Below are positions 46,477-55,973 of a stretch of DNA of 64,000 nucleotides, piece by piece. Each line of letters opens with the position of its first letter. Within the stretch, counting starts at the first letter, position 1. The DNA comes from Thermodesulfobacteriota bacterium (GTDB lineage: Bacteria; Desulfobacterota; Desulfobulbia; Desulfobulbales; SURF-16): NCBI GenBank assembly GCA_049323935.1, contig JBMONN010000009.1:11216-75215 (forward strand), in the 5' to 3' direction. The notes under the pieces were generated by a model. The model was not told where the DNA came from and did no database searches. It saw only the letters and a list, made by a program, of their open reading frames with translations. The position numbers and the translations under genes were made by a program.

Positions 46477-47463
46477 TTATGCCTCTCGTAAGGCGCGGAG
46501 AAACAGAGGAGTCGTGGCGGCGAGGGAATAGTGGCGCCTGACCTTGTCCCGGCCCTTCTTTCCCATCTCCCGGCCCAGGTCGTGACTGGTGGCGAGAGCG
46601 CCGATCCTGTCGACCCACTCTTCCGCTCTCTGCGCCCAGAACCCCTCCACGCCGTCGGTAACGATCTCCCGATTCATTCCCACCGGCGAGCAGACAACCG
46701 GCAAACCGACCGCCATGCATTGCAGGAGTTTGAAGCCGCATTTGCCGCGGGTCCAGACATCGTCGGTCAGGGGCATGAGACCGACATCAAAGGAATGGAG
46801 GTCGTCTATTTCGGCGGCCGCTGTCCAGGGTTTTTTGATCACCTCCATGTTTTGCAGATCGAAGAAGGCATCGGCAACGATCTTGAGGGCGATGCCCGGA
46901 TGCTTTTGGCCGAGTCGTTCGAGGGCCGGAATGAGATCGGCGAGATACTTGAGGGTTCCCTTGCTGCCGATCCAGCCCAGCATAAGCTTGTTGTCAACCG
47001 TTTCTTTCGGCGGTTTGGCGGTGTAGCGCTCCATGTCAAGGGGGGTCGGCAGGATATGGACGTTTTTCTGGTAGGGGCGGGCCAGGTCGGCAAGATAGCT
47101 GTTGCCGGCAACCACCAGGTCAACCTGGCGCACCGTCCGGATGAAACGGTTGCCCTGCCGGGCCAGCTGGCTCGTGCTGGCCGGGCCGTCCTTGAACATG
47201 ACGGCATCGTCGAAATCGTAGACAAGGCGGCGGCTGGCCTGGCGCAGGAAAAAGAGTTCGAGCCGGGAGAGGAGTTTTTTCTGGATGACGACAACATCGG
47301 CCCGGCCCGCCTGTTTCATGACGGCAAGGGGATTGCGGGTACGGCGGGAAAGCTCCCGGATTTCGCAGTCGATCCCGTTTTCTTTGAGGGCGGGCAGATA
47401 GTGCAGGATGCGATAGCGGGTGCTTGCCTTGTCCAACCTGGGAACGAGAAAGAGCACCTTCAT
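46477..47463 (-). CDS. Glycosyltransferase family 4 (GT-B)
   Basis: MKVLFLVPRL start. C-terminal ...GLMPL.DD.W.RGKCGFKLLQCMAVGLPVVCSPVG.N.EIV.DG..G is an E-x7-E-like region. ATGA overlap with the methyltransferase gene. Confidence 0.75.
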   Translation of the reverse strand: MKVLFLVPRLDKASTRYRILHYLPALKENGIDCEIRELSRRTRNPLAVMKQAGRADVVVIQKKLLSRLELFFLRQASRRLVYDFDDAVMFKDGPASTSQLARQGNRFIRTVRQVDLVVAGNSYLADLARPYQKNVHILPTPLDMERYTAKPPKETVDNKLMLGWIGSKGTLKYLADLIPALERLGQKHPGIALKIVADAFFDLQNMEVIKKPWTAAAEIDDLHSFDVGLMPLTDDVWTRGKCGFKLLQCMAVGLPVVCSPVGMNREIVTDGVEGFWAQRAEEWVDRIGALATSHDLGREMGKKGRDKVRRHYSLAATTPLFLRALREA

Positions 47464-48506
47464 ATCCTGTTCCCGCCGGACAGGGAAGCGGTGTCTGCTG
47501 TTTTGCTTGCCCGGACACTCATCCTGCTCGTTTTGCCGAGGGCGGCGAGGATGGTCACCAAGGGGCCAAGCAGCAGTTTTTTGACCGGAAAAGACAGAAG
47601 CAGGCGGGCCAAAAAGGATTCCCGCATGTACTCGGCGGATTTGAGAAAATCCTTTTTCGATTTCTGGTGAACGATACGCTCCACCCGGAAACCGGTCTCT
47701 TCCAGCAGCCGGGTCAGGGTCTGCGGGGTGAAATGGCTCAGATGCTGAGGCACGTGCAGGGTATAGCATCTGTCCCGAAACAGCCGCACCTCAAGGCCGG
47801 AGATGTCCGGCACGGAGAGGATGAGCTGCCCTCCGTTCTTGAGAAGGCCGTTGATCGTGACGAGCGCCTCTCTCGGATTGAAGAGATGCTCCAGCACCAT
47901 GCCCATATGGATGACATCGAAAAAACCACCGGCATAATCGAGGGTGTCGAAAAAGCCGGTATGGACGTTGTCCAGACCGAGTTGTTCCCGGGCATGGCGG
48001 GCCGCCTCTTCATTGAGTTCGACGCCGTGAACCTCCCAGCCGAGTTCCCGCATCCGGATCAGATAACCGCCCCAGGAGCAGCCGATGTCGAGCAGGCGCC
48101 CACTTGGCGCATGGCGCGGCAGATGACTGATGAGGAGTTTGTTGAGTAACCAGGGGCGGGCAAGGGTGATCAGCGCCGCGGGGAGCTGCTCGGTAAAGGA
48201 ATAACCGAATTCCCGGGCGGCAACGGCACGGAGCAGACGGTTCTTCAGGCCGGGTCCGGTTGCCCAGCTCGTGGTCCGTTCCGGTTTCGGCGCATAGTAG
48301 CCGGCGCTGTTCGGATAGAAATAACCGATGGTGGCGGGCGTCGGCCGCGGATTAGTGAAGATAAAACCGCAGTTCAGGCAGGAGACGATATCAAACCACT
48401 CATCCATGTCGTTGTACCGTTCCTTGACGTTGCCCAGAAAGATCTCATGGCGGTCCGCTCCGCACAGAGGGCAGGAAATTCTTTCGCGTTGATAGTGTTC
48501 TTCCAT
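47460..48506 (-). CDS. Class I SAM-dependent methyltransferase with N-terminal zinc ribbon
   Basis: CPLCG...CLNCG ribbon. LLDIGCSWGGYL (motif I). FDVIHMGMVLEHL. The start could be as far upstream as 48641. Confidence 0.75.
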   Translation of the reverse strand: MEEHYQRERISCPLCGADRHEIFLGNVKERYNDMDEWFDIVSCLNCGFIFTNPRPTPATIGYFYPNSAGYYAPKPERTTSWATGPGLKNRLLRAVAAREFGYSFTEQLPAALITLARPWLLNKLLISHLPRHAPSGRLLDIGCSWGGYLIRMRELGWEVHGVELNEEAARHAREQLGLDNVHTGFFDTLDYAGGFFDVIHMGMVLEHLFNPREALVTINGLLKNGGQLILSVPDISGLEVRLFRDRCYTLHVPQHLSHFTPQTLTRLLEETGFRVERIVHQKSKKDFLKSAEYMRESFLARLLLSFPVKKLLLGPLVTILAALGKTSRMSVRASKTADTASLSGGNRI

Positions 48507-48730
48507 AAAGAATCGGCGTTGTCTGCGCGAAGGTCCGCCCGCTGGCTCGGTTGGCGACGATGGGATGAAACATCCGCTGAACAGGGAAAAGATTGGGTGA
48601 ATCGAGAGCGGAATATAAGGAGCGAAGTTCCCGTGTGTCAAGACAATTGTCGCAATTCTGTTGACAACCTGCCATGCCTGATTGGTGCTCGCTGCGGCGC
48701 AGAGGAAGGCGGCTGTTTTGAGGAGAATGG

Positions 48731-50332
48731 TTACCGGGGCGCCTCTTTCTTCTGTTTTGCGTGACGGCTAAGGATCTTGTCGATATGCGGACGGACTTTT
48801 TTTGTTGCCAGTTCTCTGTTCAGTCTGCGTAACACACAGTAATGGCTGAGAAATTCAGTGAGAAAGAAATCAGGCAGGCCGGCCTCGATCATGTTCGCCA
48901 TGAAACGGCCGAGATCCTTGCATGCCAAGCGCGGGAAAGAGGAGCGGAGGTGGCCGGCGCCATCGAGATCGATCAGCCACAATTCACCGCTGTTGGGGTC
49001 AACCAGGATGTTTGCCCATTTCGTGTCGCCATGACAGAGCCGGTGGTTGTGGAGGGTGGCGAGCAGGCGGGCGATGCGGCTGACAATCTGTTTTTCCGCC
49101 AGCCACGCCGGAAAACGATCGTCCATGTCCCGCCTGATGAGGCCGAGGTTCGGGGCATGGCCAAGATTACGGCTGTAAAAATAGCTGACCGGGCGCCACC
49201 TCCCCCTTTTTGCCAGCGCATAGCCGAACGGGCTGGCCACCGGCACGGCGAGGGCCTGAAAGCGGTGGCTCATTTCCCAGAGGTGCAGAACCCGATCCCT
49301 GGTAAACAGGCTCTGGAGAAAGGCGGGGAGCGTGTTGGCGGTAAACCGTTTGGCAATGACATCCTCCTCCGCGCCGGGCAGCAGCCTGACGGTGATGCGG
49401 CCGTCCTCTTTCAGGGTGGTTTTGCCCTGAGCGAACCAGCGGGCCGGATCAAGGCCCTGAGCGAGCACGCCCTCCACCGCGCTGCCGGCCAGGTAGTGAC
49501 CGTGGCTGGTGCCCATGGTGAAGGCGCGGCAGGTGCGCATCTCCCATTTCATCCTGCTGTCAAGGGTGCGCAGCCTGCTGCGCAGATAGACCGTTTTCAG
49601 CAGACGGCGGCGGTTGTCGCCGGCAAAGCGGGGAAAGACGGTGGCATAGGCATGAAAGAGGCGGAGCAGATCGGTGCGGGTCAGGGTCGCGCCGGCGACA
49701 ATGGCAAACTGCACCAGGTTTTTGATGATCTGGCTGCGCGGGACAAGGGGCCATTTGCGGTTGCTTTCGTTGTCGATGAGACTGAAACAAAAATCGTTTC
49801 CGACTTTTTGCACCAGCAGGTTGTTCTGGCGCAGGTCGCCATGGACGATGCCCGCCCGGTGCAGCCGGCCGATCAGTTCGCCGACCCGGGTGAGCAGCCG
49901 ACGTTTTTGCCGGATCTGCTCCCGGTCCAGGGGTGGGGGAAAATGCGTGCTGACATAGTGAAAAAAACCAAGCCCGGCAAACCCCTCGGAGAGGAGAAAG
50001 CTGTTGGAACGGCCCGCGCCCCAGCAGAGGATTGCCGGGGTTGGCAGCTCCGCCGAACGGAGGATTTCGGCCTGGCGGCGGGCCCGGCGGCAGCGGCTGC
50101 CGCGCAGCAGGGACTTGAGGGTTTCAAAACGGTCCCGCGGGAGAAACTCCTTGTAGTAAACCGCTGGGCCGCTCGTGCAGACCGCCACCGCCGTGTCCCG
50201 TGACGAGGGCAGCCACTGCCAGCCCTCCGGGGTTTTGCCGGCCATGAGGAGGCGGACCGCCTCTTGGTAACGTTCCGCCTGCGGGCCATGAATGGCCCGC
50301 AGCTGGTCGGTTTTTTTTTCTGCGATGCCCAT
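48731..50332 (-). CDS. Tandem lipopolysaccharide-kinase (Kdo/WaaP family) protein, two kinase domains
   Basis: Two catalytic loops, IVHGDLRQNNLLV and LCHGDTKWANILV, each followed by a (L/I)ID motif. Confidence 0.75.
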   Translation of the reverse strand: MGIAEKKTDQLRAIHGPQAERYQEAVRLLMAGKTPEGWQWLPSSRDTAVAVCTSGPAVYYKEFLPRDRFETLKSLLRGSRCRRARRQAEILRSAELPTPAILCWGAGRSNSFLLSEGFAGLGFFHYVSTHFPPPLDREQIRQKRRLLTRVGELIGRLHRAGIVHGDLRQNNLLVQKVGNDFCFSLIDNESNRKWPLVPRSQIIKNLVQFAIVAGATLTRTDLLRLFHAYATVFPRFAGDNRRRLLKTVYLRSRLRTLDSRMKWEMRTCRAFTMGTSHGHYLAGSAVEGVLAQGLDPARWFAQGKTTLKEDGRITVRLLPGAEEDVIAKRFTANTLPAFLQSLFTRDRVLHLWEMSHRFQALAVPVASPFGYALAKRGRWRPVSYFYSRNLGHAPNLGLIRRDMDDRFPAWLAEKQIVSRIARLLATLHNHRLCHGDTKWANILVDPNSGELWLIDLDGAGHLRSSFPRLACKDLGRFMANMIEAGLPDFFLTEFLSHYCVLRRLNRELATKKVRPHIDKILSRHAKQKKEAPR

Positions 50333-50342
50333 GGGTGGGAAT

Positions 50343-51248
50343 CTACTCCGTCATTTTCGGCGCCAGCCCCCGTTTTCTGCTGTGGCGGGCAATCTGTGCG
50401 GTTTTCCGCCGGATCAGCCAAAGCTGGCAGCGGTGGAGGGGGGAGAGGGTTTCTTTGCCCGTGTAAGCGCGAAAAAGAAGCAACCGCTCGCTGGCGCTGA
50501 AAATGGAGGCGGGCAGGGTATAGTTCAGTTCCGCCAGGGCCTTAAGCGGCCAGCGCCAGAAGTTCAGGCGGTTGCGGTCCACCCGCTGCAGGTCGAAGAG
50601 GGCGATGAGCGGTCGGTCGCTCTCCGGATTGTCGAGGAGGAGATGGGTGGCGTTGAAGTCTTTCTGATTCATGCCGCTGTCGTGCATGCGCCGGGCATAG
50701 CGACCGATCGTCACCAGCAGGGTCGTCCGTTTGCCGGCGTTTTCTTCACCCTGCAGCCGTTCCGGTTGCCGGAGAATGATCTCCTCCAGGGCGACGAGGG
50801 GGGAAAAATCGCGGGTGAGAAGAAAGGAGTCGAGGCGGCCCGCTGAGACGACCCGGCTGCCTGCCGCCACCGGTTCGGCGCTGGCGAGTCCGGCCTGCCG
50901 GAAGCGGCAGTAATGGAAAAACTCGGTCGGGCCCTCACCGCTGGGATCACCTTGGCGCAGCCGGCGTTGCAGCATCCTGATTGGGCTCAGTTGCTGCTGA
51001 TGTTTTTTGAGGTAGAGGACGATGGTGTCTGTGCCACCGATCCCCTCCGGCACCTCGATGCGGAGGACGCTTCGTTCCCCCTTTTTTTTGACGAGGTCGC
51101 CGGGCGCGGACCACAGGGCGTTAAAATCGAGCAGGCCGGCGCCTGAGAGCAGGTGGCGGTAGGCATCGTTGATCAGCAGCGTTTCCGTTGCCGGCCCTTG
51201 CTGACGGTGAAAACGGATCGGGCCGCTATGGTCGGGGACAAGGGTCAT
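50343..51248 (-). CDS. Lipopolysaccharide kinase (Kdo/WaaP/InaA family)
   Basis: KKKGERSVLRIE, YLKKH, MHDSGMNQKDFNATHLLL, LFDLQR. Confidence 0.7.
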   Translation of the reverse strand: MTLVPDHSGPIRFHRQQGPATETLLINDAYRHLLSGAGLLDFNALWSAPGDLVKKKGERSVLRIEVPEGIGGTDTIVLYLKKHQQQLSPIRMLQRRLRQGDPSGEGPTEFFHYCRFRQAGLASAEPVAAGSRVVSAGRLDSFLLTRDFSPLVALEEIILRQPERLQGEENAGKRTTLLVTIGRYARRMHDSGMNQKDFNATHLLLDNPESDRPLIALFDLQRVDRNRLNFWRWPLKALAELNYTLPASIFSASERLLLFRAYTGKETLSPLHRCQLWLIRRKTAQIARHSRKRGLAPKMTE

Positions 51249-52390
51249 GGGCCGCGTCGCTCCCTTTTTTTGCGGGCGCAGGCCTCGATGATGTCAGCAA
51301 TGACCGGAAAACGATGGTAGAGATCGGTGCGATCGGCGTAGGCAAGGGCCTGTCGTCGCCACTGGTCGCGGTCGGCGGCGCAAAGCAGCTCGCCCAGCAT
51401 CCGGTTCATGGTGTCCTGATTGAAGGGGGAGCTGGGGATAATACGGCCGGCCCCGGAACGTTCAACATGAACGGCATAGCCGCAGGTGGCGGTGGCCATC
51501 ACCGGCACTCCCGCCACCAGGGCCTCGACAATGGCGTTGCCGGTGTTTTCCGTGCGCGAGGGCTGGAGAAGGAGATCGGCGGCGGCGAGAAAGTCGGCAA
51601 TGTCCTGGCGGACGCCGAGGAAATGCACCTGGCTGCTGATCCCGCTTTTGGCGGCCAGGCGGCGGCACGATCGCTCCTCGCCCTTGCCGATGACGCAGAG
51701 ATGGCTCGTGCGCCGCCGTTCCGGCGGCAGGGCTGCCAGGGCGCGGATGGCGCGATCGACCCCCTTGGTGTGGAAATGGGAGCCGATCATGAGCAACAGC
51801 GTATCGTCGGCAGCCAGACCCAGCTCCTGCCTGATCCGCTCCCGGTTGGCCGGGGTGACGGCGGCGCGGATTCGTTCTCTGTCAACCCCGGGCGGCACGA
51901 GATGAAAGCGCTCCTCCGGGGTGTGATAGACGGACTGGTAGAGGTCTTTTTCCTGTTCCGAGAGCAGGATGATGTCCGTTGCCGCCTCCGGGGCAAAGAC
52001 CGCCCGTTCGAAGGAGGCAAAGAGATGATAGCGCGGCGTCAGACGCGAGAAAAAGGAACGCTGCCGATTGATGCGGGCCACATAACAGACATCGGCGGCA
52101 TAGTAGAGGTCAAGACCGGGCATGCGGTTGAAACCGAGAACGAGATCATGGTCATCACCGGCCAGCCGGTTTGTTGCCTGCCTGGCAAAATATGCCGCCT
52201 GCCCGTGATTGCTGAGCCCGCGTGGAACAAGTTCATGGATCGAGATGTCCTGCGGCCGTTCTCCCTCCCATTTCATGGTGAAGACCTCCACCGCATGGCC
52301 ACGGCCAAGGCATTCACGGCTGATCCTGAGAAAGTTCCGTTCCAGTCCGCCATGGGAAAAGTAATTGAATAGACAGATCGCCAGTTTCAT
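51245..52390 (-). CDS. waaG: LPS core glycosyltransferase, WaaG (RfaG)-like GT4
   Basis: MKLAICLFNYFSHGGLERNFLRI...GH.V.VFT..WEG, GFNRMPGLDLYYAADVCY, SFERAVF, ERFHLVPPGV and SRTENTGNAIVEALVAGVPV track E. coli WaaG closely (from memory). Confidence 0.8.
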   Translation of the reverse strand: MKLAICLFNYFSHGGLERNFLRISRECLGRGHAVEVFTMKWEGERPQDISIHELVPRGLSNHGQAAYFARQATNRLAGDDHDLVLGFNRMPGLDLYYAADVCYVARINRQRSFFSRLTPRYHLFASFERAVFAPEAATDIILLSEQEKDLYQSVYHTPEERFHLVPPGVDRERIRAAVTPANRERIRQELGLAADDTLLLMIGSHFHTKGVDRAIRALAALPPERRRTSHLCVIGKGEERSCRRLAAKSGISSQVHFLGVRQDIADFLAAADLLLQPSRTENTGNAIVEALVAGVPVMATATCGYAVHVERSGAGRIIPSSPFNQDTMNRMLGELLCAADRDQWRRQALAYADRTDLYHRFPVIADIIEACARKKRERRGP

Positions 52391-52466
52391 GCTTAATAGG
52401 TGGTGAAGTGGAAAACCTCGAATATATATTCAGAACCGCCGCCAAAGGCAAGGGAAATGGCAAAGG

Positions 52467-53429
52467 ATGCAGGAAGCGGTCCGGAAAAGGACAGGCTTCG
52501 CATCCGGCTGGAAAGAGATGACCAATACAATCGGGGTGCTTATTGATTCAATACGATGTTCCGGCTGCGGAAGGTGTCTGCGGGTCTGCCCGGACCGGGT
52601 CTTTTCCCTGCTGGAGGGGCGGGCGGTGGTCAGCGGAAGGTCGTGCATCGGCTGCGGCCACTGCGTTGCCGTCTGTCCGGAGGAGGCCATTGTCGTTTCC
52701 GGTGTTGAACCTGACTTAGGTTTTACGACGTTTACGGAAAATCGCGCCTGGCTGCCCTGGGGAGAGAGCGACGTGGCGGAGCTGGTCCGCCTCATGCGCT
52801 CGCGCCGTTCCTGCCGCAATTACCAGACGCGGCCGATCCCCCGCGAGATGCTTCGTGATCTGGTCAAGATCGGCACCACCGCCCCCTCCGGCACCAACAG
52901 CCAGGCCTGGACCTTTACCGTGCTGGCCGCTCGCGTCGAGGTCGAGGAATTGGGCAACCGGGTTGCCGATTTTTACCGGCAGCTCAACCGGCGGGCAAAA
53001 AATCCCCTGCTGCGCCTGCTGGCCCGATTTTTCATGAAAGATGCGCTGGGCCGTTATTATCGGAGCTATTACCAGAGCATTGCCGACGGTCTGCGTCTCT
53101 GGGAGGAGGAGGGTCGCGATCTCCTTTTTCATGGCGCAACCGCGGCGCTTGTCGTCGGTTCACGGCCCGGCGGCAGCTGTCCGGCTGAGGATGCCCTGCT
53201 CGCCACCGGCAACATCCTGCTTGCCGCCCATGCCATGGGGCTCGGCACCTGCCTCATCGGTTTTGCCGTGGAGGCGATGCGGCGCGAGCGTTTTATCCCG
53301 AGGGCGCTCGGCATGACCGCGGACGAAACGATTCATGCGGTCATCGCCCTGGGCTGGCCGGCGGAGACCTATCGGGAGGTGACGGGGCGTCGGCCGCCGG
53401 TCTGTCGTTTTCTGTCACCGGTCACCTGA
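52467..53429 (+). CDS. Ferredoxin-domain (2x CxxCxxCxxxCP) fused to nitroreductase-family domain
   Basis: CSGCGRCLRVCP and CIGCGHCVAVCP, followed by RRSCRNY, APSGTNSQAW and GLGTCLIG. The start may be 52518. Confidence 0.75.
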   Translation: MQEAVRKRTGFASGWKEMTNTIGVLIDSIRCSGCGRCLRVCPDRVFSLLEGRAVVSGRSCIGCGHCVAVCPEEAIVVSGVEPDLGFTTFTENRAWLPWGESDVAELVRLMRSRRSCRNYQTRPIPREMLRDLVKIGTTAPSGTNSQAWTFTVLAARVEVEELGNRVADFYRQLNRRAKNPLLRLLARFFMKDALGRYYRSYYQSIADGLRLWEEEGRDLLFHGATAALVVGSRPGGSCPAEDALLATGNILLAAHAMGLGTCLIGFAVEAMRRERFIPRALGMTADETIHAVIALGWPAETYREVTGRRPPVCRFLSPVT

Positions 53430-53536
53430 GCATCTTTTCATCCACACCCCTGCTTGACAGAGAAGTCCGGTCTGGTGTTACAATGAAATCATGGAGTTGA
53501 TTGCCCCCACTTTGCCACGCAAGGAGAATAAACACC

Positions 53537-54592
53537 ATGGCGGACCAGAAAACGACGATCGACAAGGTGCTTACCCTGATGCCGGATTCCCATCTGGGCA
53601 ATCTCGTCGTGGCGCTGCCCGCCATTGTCGCCGTGCGCGATCACTTTCAGGCCGCGGCGCACTATTTTGTCTTTGATGACGCCTTCCGGGAGATCGTCGA
53701 GCCGCTGCTCGATCACCGCCAGACCCTCTTTTATCCTCGCAGGATGGCCAACGAGGGCAGTGTCCTGGCCCGGATGTTCGTCTATTTCCGTTTTCTTTTG
53801 CGGATCAAAAAAATTCATCCGCAACTGACCATCGATCTCGACGGCGGCTCCACCTCCTCCATTCTCACCCAGGTGGCCCGGGCCGCCCGTTCCTTTTCCC
53901 GGGCAAGCGCCGAACGGCCGGATGTCTATTCGCGCACCGTCGCCCCGCCGAGCGGCAGCCACAAGTTCTTTCAGTACGCGGTGGTGACCACCGCAGCGGG
54001 AGTCCCGGTCGATGACGGCGTTTTCCGCTTTCAGGCAACCGAAGAGAAACGGCAAGCTGTCCGTCAAAAGCTCCATGACGCCGGAATCGATCCTGCAAGG
54101 CCGCTGGTCTGTCTCCACGTCGGCGGCGGCAGAAAACAGAAGCTCTGGCCGGTCGAGCATTTTGCCGAACTGGCGAGCCGGCTCCTTGACCAGGGGCATC
54201 AGGTGCTCTTTTTCGGCGGGGAGCGGGAAAGGGAAAAAAACAAGGCGGTGATCGCTCGTCTGTCGCGGCCTGTCGCCAACCTGGCGGGAACATTGACTTT
54301 GGGCGAGCAGCTTGCCCTTCTCGATGAAAAGAGGATCTTTATCGGCAGTGATAACGGCTTGATCCATCTGGCCGCCGCCGGCGGGGCCGCGGTTGTCGCC
54401 CTTTTTTCCTACGCCGACGAGAGGGAGTGGGGGCCGCGGAGCGAGCGAGCCATCGTGCTGCGTGGTCAGGAACGCTGCCCGGACTGCAACCCCAAAAAGT
54501 GTGCAGAGCCCCGCTGCATCAATACCCTCTCCGTCGATCGGGTCATGCAGGCCATTGCCGCATGGCTCGTCCCGTCGTCTGCGGTGTTGTGA
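53537..54592 (+). CDS. Glycosyltransferase family 9 (LPS heptosyltransferase-like)
   Basis: HLGNLVVALPAI, LHVGGGRKQKLWPVEHFAELASRL, LAGTLTLGEQLALL and IGSDNGLIHLAAA. AAGGAG RBS before ATG 53537. Confidence 0.8.
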   Translation: MADQKTTIDKVLTLMPDSHLGNLVVALPAIVAVRDHFQAAAHYFVFDDAFREIVEPLLDHRQTLFYPRRMANEGSVLARMFVYFRFLLRIKKIHPQLTIDLDGGSTSSILTQVARAARSFSRASAERPDVYSRTVAPPSGSHKFFQYAVVTTAAGVPVDDGVFRFQATEEKRQAVRQKLHDAGIDPARPLVCLHVGGGRKQKLWPVEHFAELASRLLDQGHQVLFFGGEREREKNKAVIARLSRPVANLAGTLTLGEQLALLDEKRIFIGSDNGLIHLAAAGGAAVVALFSYADEREWGPRSERAIVLRGQERCPDCNPKKCAEPRCINTLSVDRVMQAIAAWLVPSSAVL

Positions 54593-54642
54593 ACATGACC
54601 GCTCCCTTCTTTCGCCTCCCCCCTCGCTTGTCGGCATTGTTT

Positions 54643-54658
54643 TGGCGCAACCTCTGCA
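54643..54658 (+). promoter_or_regulatory. Sigma-54-type promoter candidate upstream of the DUF4198 gene
   Basis: TGGCGC-aacct-CTGCA. GG and GC elements have correct spacing, with two mismatches to TGGCAC-N5-TTGCA. Confidence 0.35.
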
Positions 54659-54846
54659 CGCCCCCGCTATCGCGGCGGAACTGCGCCCTGTCTGTCGAAT
54701 TTTGTTGTGCTTGGCCATCAAGGTTCTTATTTGTCGAAAACCGTGAACCGAATGCACCGGAATTTCGTTTTCCATTATAAGCAGGGCAGCTGGCGACACC
54801 CCGGATCAGACGCATTCCTTGTCAATCCTTTTCTCGGAGGAGCTTG

Positions 54847-55620
54847 GTGAAAAAGACCCGTGTCATCGTCCTGTTGCTGGGGCTCGCTGTCTTTGGTCCG
54901 GCGGCCGCCGCTTTCTGCCAGTTTCTGGAGATCATTCCGGCCACCGACAGCATCGCGGCCGGGAAGGGGGCAGCAATCGGCGTTGATCTCGCCCTCAGCG
55001 TGCCCGGCGCGGCGGCCCTGCTCGATCTGGCGGCGCCGGAGGCGCTGTTTGTCCTTCATGGGGGCGAGAGGCGTGATCTGTCCTCCGTCCTGGTGCCGGC
55101 CCGCGGTGATGGCGGAACACTCTATCGCTTTTCCGTGCCGGTTGCCAGTCAGGGCGACCATGTCGTTGCGGTGACCGCGGCGCCAGTCTGGGATGCGGCC
55201 CGGCAAAAGCTGATCGCCCGTTCCGCCAAGGTGGTGGTCAACGGTGCTCCGGCGACCACCGGCTGGGATGAGCCGGTCCGTTTCCCGGTGGAGATCGATC
55301 CGCTGGTGCGTCCTTACGGTCTGTGGACCGGCAACTGCTTTCGCGGCGTGGTCAAGCAGAATGGTCGGCCGGTCCCCTTTGCCGAGATCGAGGTGATGTT
55401 TCGCGGCAGCTCCGGGGAGGGCAAAATATCCCGGCCGTTCCCGCCCCAGCTGCTGGTCGCCGATATCAACGGCGTCTTTGTCTACGCCATGCCACGCGCC
55501 GGCTGGTGGGGATTTGCCGGCCGGATCGAGGGCGAGATGACGGAGTATGAAGGCAGACGGGTCGAGGTGGAGCGGGTCGGCGTCATCTGGGTCCGGTGTA
55601 TAGACATGGCATGGCAGTGA
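54847..55620 (+). CDS. DUF4198 domain periplasmic protein (Ni/Co-uptake-associated family)
   Basis: Signal peptide. GWDEPVRFPVEIDPLVRPYGLWTGNCFRGVV..NGRPVPFAEIEV... and ADINGVFVYAMPRAGWWGFA. GTG 54847 lies 6 nt after GGAGG. Confidence 0.7.
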   Translation: MKKTRVIVLLLGLAVFGPAAAAFCQFLEIIPATDSIAAGKGAAIGVDLALSVPGAAALLDLAAPEALFVLHGGERRDLSSVLVPARGDGGTLYRFSVPVASQGDHVVAVTAAPVWDAARQKLIARSAKVVVNGAPATTGWDEPVRFPVEIDPLVRPYGLWTGNCFRGVVKQNGRPVPFAEIEVMFRGSSGEGKISRPFPPQLLVADINGVFVYAMPRAGWWGFAGRIEGEMTEYEGRRVEVERVGVIWVRCIDMAWQ

Positions 55621-55737
55621 TTTTTTTTGCCTGTCTGATTCAAGTTTATTGCCGCGCGTACGATACGTTGTGTATGAGACAGGAAATATTGGCGACGAAA
55701 ATGACAAGATCACAAGATGAGGATGAGGAGGTAGCGT

Positions 55738-55932
55738 ATGGATATCGTTGTTGGCAATACCCCCGTTATCAGGAAAGATCCGGAAAAAAATCCCTTACTG
55801 GAGAAGGGCGGCAAAAAAAAAGAGAGACGCCGCAATCGGCAGGACCGGCGGAAAAGTGTGCGGGATGGGGTCATTGTTTCGCTGTCCGTTCCCAATGACA
55901 GGAGGAAAAGTCCCGAGCGTCGTCGGGGCTGA
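55738..55932 (+). CDS. Small highly basic protein with DRRK repeats (hypothetical)
   Basis: GGAGG 6 nt upstream of the ATG. 64 aa. ...KKKERRRNRQDRRKSVRDGVIVSLSVPNDRRKSPERRRG. No family assigned. Confidence 0.4.
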   Translation: MDIVVGNTPVIRKDPEKNPLLEKGGKKKERRRNRQDRRKSVRDGVIVSLSVPNDRRKSPERRRG

Positions 55933-55973
55933 TCCTTCGGAAAAGGGCGACACTGCGGTTGGTTGAAGGAAAC

